NCBI GenBank assembly: GCA_030429365.1
Contig: JAUIEW010000003.1
Coordinates: forward strand, 1-59,535
Direction: 5' to 3'
DNA length: 59,535 nt
Source of the DNA: Phycisphaerae bacterium
GTDB taxonomy: Bacteria; Planctomycetota; Phycisphaerae; UBA1845
The translations under genes and the position numbers were made by a program. Positions 58,920 to 59,535 of this stretch are shown here, piece after piece (the stretch's first letter is position 1; each line of letters opens with the position of its first letter). Under the pieces are notes generated by a model, which saw nothing but the letters and a program-made list of their open reading frames with translations, was not told the DNA's origin and did no database searches.

Positions 58920-59535
58920 TCAGTTCGCACTGGTGCCAACCCCTGCAAGCGATGCTGCCGGGGCAACACCTTCTGCTTTTCCTGCGTATGTCATATTCAT
59001 GCCATTCTCGCCCGATTCAAATACGTGGACGCGATCAACATCAAACCAAACGCCAACGGTGTCACCTTCTGTCACTTGCGTCTCCGTAGAAACGCGCGCG
59101 ACCAAGTTTTGACCAACCGATCGGCCAACATCTGGGCACTGCAAGTACACGTCAGACTCTCGTCCCAACAACTCGACAAGCGTCACTGTCAGCTTGATCG
59201 GGCTTGCCGCATCGAGCCTGACACCCTGGGGCCTGACGCCGTACACCATCGCGTCACCCAGATGGCCCGCCAGAATCGATTGGGCCCGATCGGGCAATTC
59301 CAACATGCCGAATCCGGCATCAAAGCCTAAGCGTGTTCCACCGGATGGCCCGTTGACCTCGACAATCTCACCGTCGATGAAGTTCATCGGGGGCACGCCA
59401 ACGAAGCCGGCAACAAATCGATTGATCGGCTGCTCGTAGACTTCGCGAGGCGACGCACACTGCAGAAGCTCGCCCCGATTCATCACGGCGATCCTGTCGC
59501 CCAACGCCATCGCCTCTTCCTGATCATGCGTGACG
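58920..59535 (-). CDS. Sugar ABC transporter ATP-binding protein (MalK/UgpC type), 5'-truncated by the window edge
   Basis: VTHDQEEAMALGDRIAVM, PINRFVAGFVG, GVRP, ELLG TOBE region. Confidence 0.92.
   Translation of the reverse strand, partial: VTHDQEEAMALGDRIAVMNRGELLQCASPREVYEQPINRFVAGFVGVPPMNFIDGEIVEVNGPSGGTRLGFDAGFGMLELPDRAQSILAGHLGDAMVYGVRPQGVRLDAASPIKLTVTLVELLGRESDVYLQCPDVGRSVGQNLVARVSTETQVTEGDTVGVWFDVDRVHVFESGENGMNMTYAGKAEGVAPAASLAGVGTSAN

Overview
GC-rich bacterial chromosome window, most likely Planctomycetota/Phycisphaerae. This is an inference from the dockerin-like DxDxDxDxDLxDF C-termini, the zinc-ribbon membrane protein and the gene content. Layout: (1) 50-9101 is the 3' end of a translationally coupled phage tail module (tape measure, Dit-like, hub-like, Ig/beta-helix/FN3-like and Cys-rich proteins). 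No integrase or lysis genes follow it, and there is a possible transposable-phage end near 9249. (2) feoA-feoB plus a Cys-rich small protein, dacB, a transglutaminase-like gene, a small AT-rich islet, an epimerase, a site-2 protease, a metzincin lipoprotein and a His-rich Ni-type transporter with a consensus sigma-54 promoter. (3) 21.6-36.8 kb is a surface-glycan locus: two paralogous O-antigen-ligase-like proteins (one fused to an FKBP domain), two GT4s, a chain-length determinant, three methyltransferases, two kinases, a GNAT and a deacetylase. (4) A TPR protein, a rhomboid and two tandem secreted paralogs with a pilin-head-like N-domain and dockerin-like C-termini. (5) Housekeeping genes: DUF937, DUF4332, DEAD-box helicase, CPBP protease, yebC, a large TPR protein, a degenerate endonuclease III with a histone-H1-like tail, rbfA, ylxP, infB, nusA with a leader attenuator, and a partial ABC ATPase. 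Three families of GTAG-type REP palindromes are scattered through the window, and one pair brackets an unannotated 40-aa hydrophobic ORF. No rRNA, tRNA or CRISPR array was seen. All family calls come from motif recognition by eye; no database searches were run.
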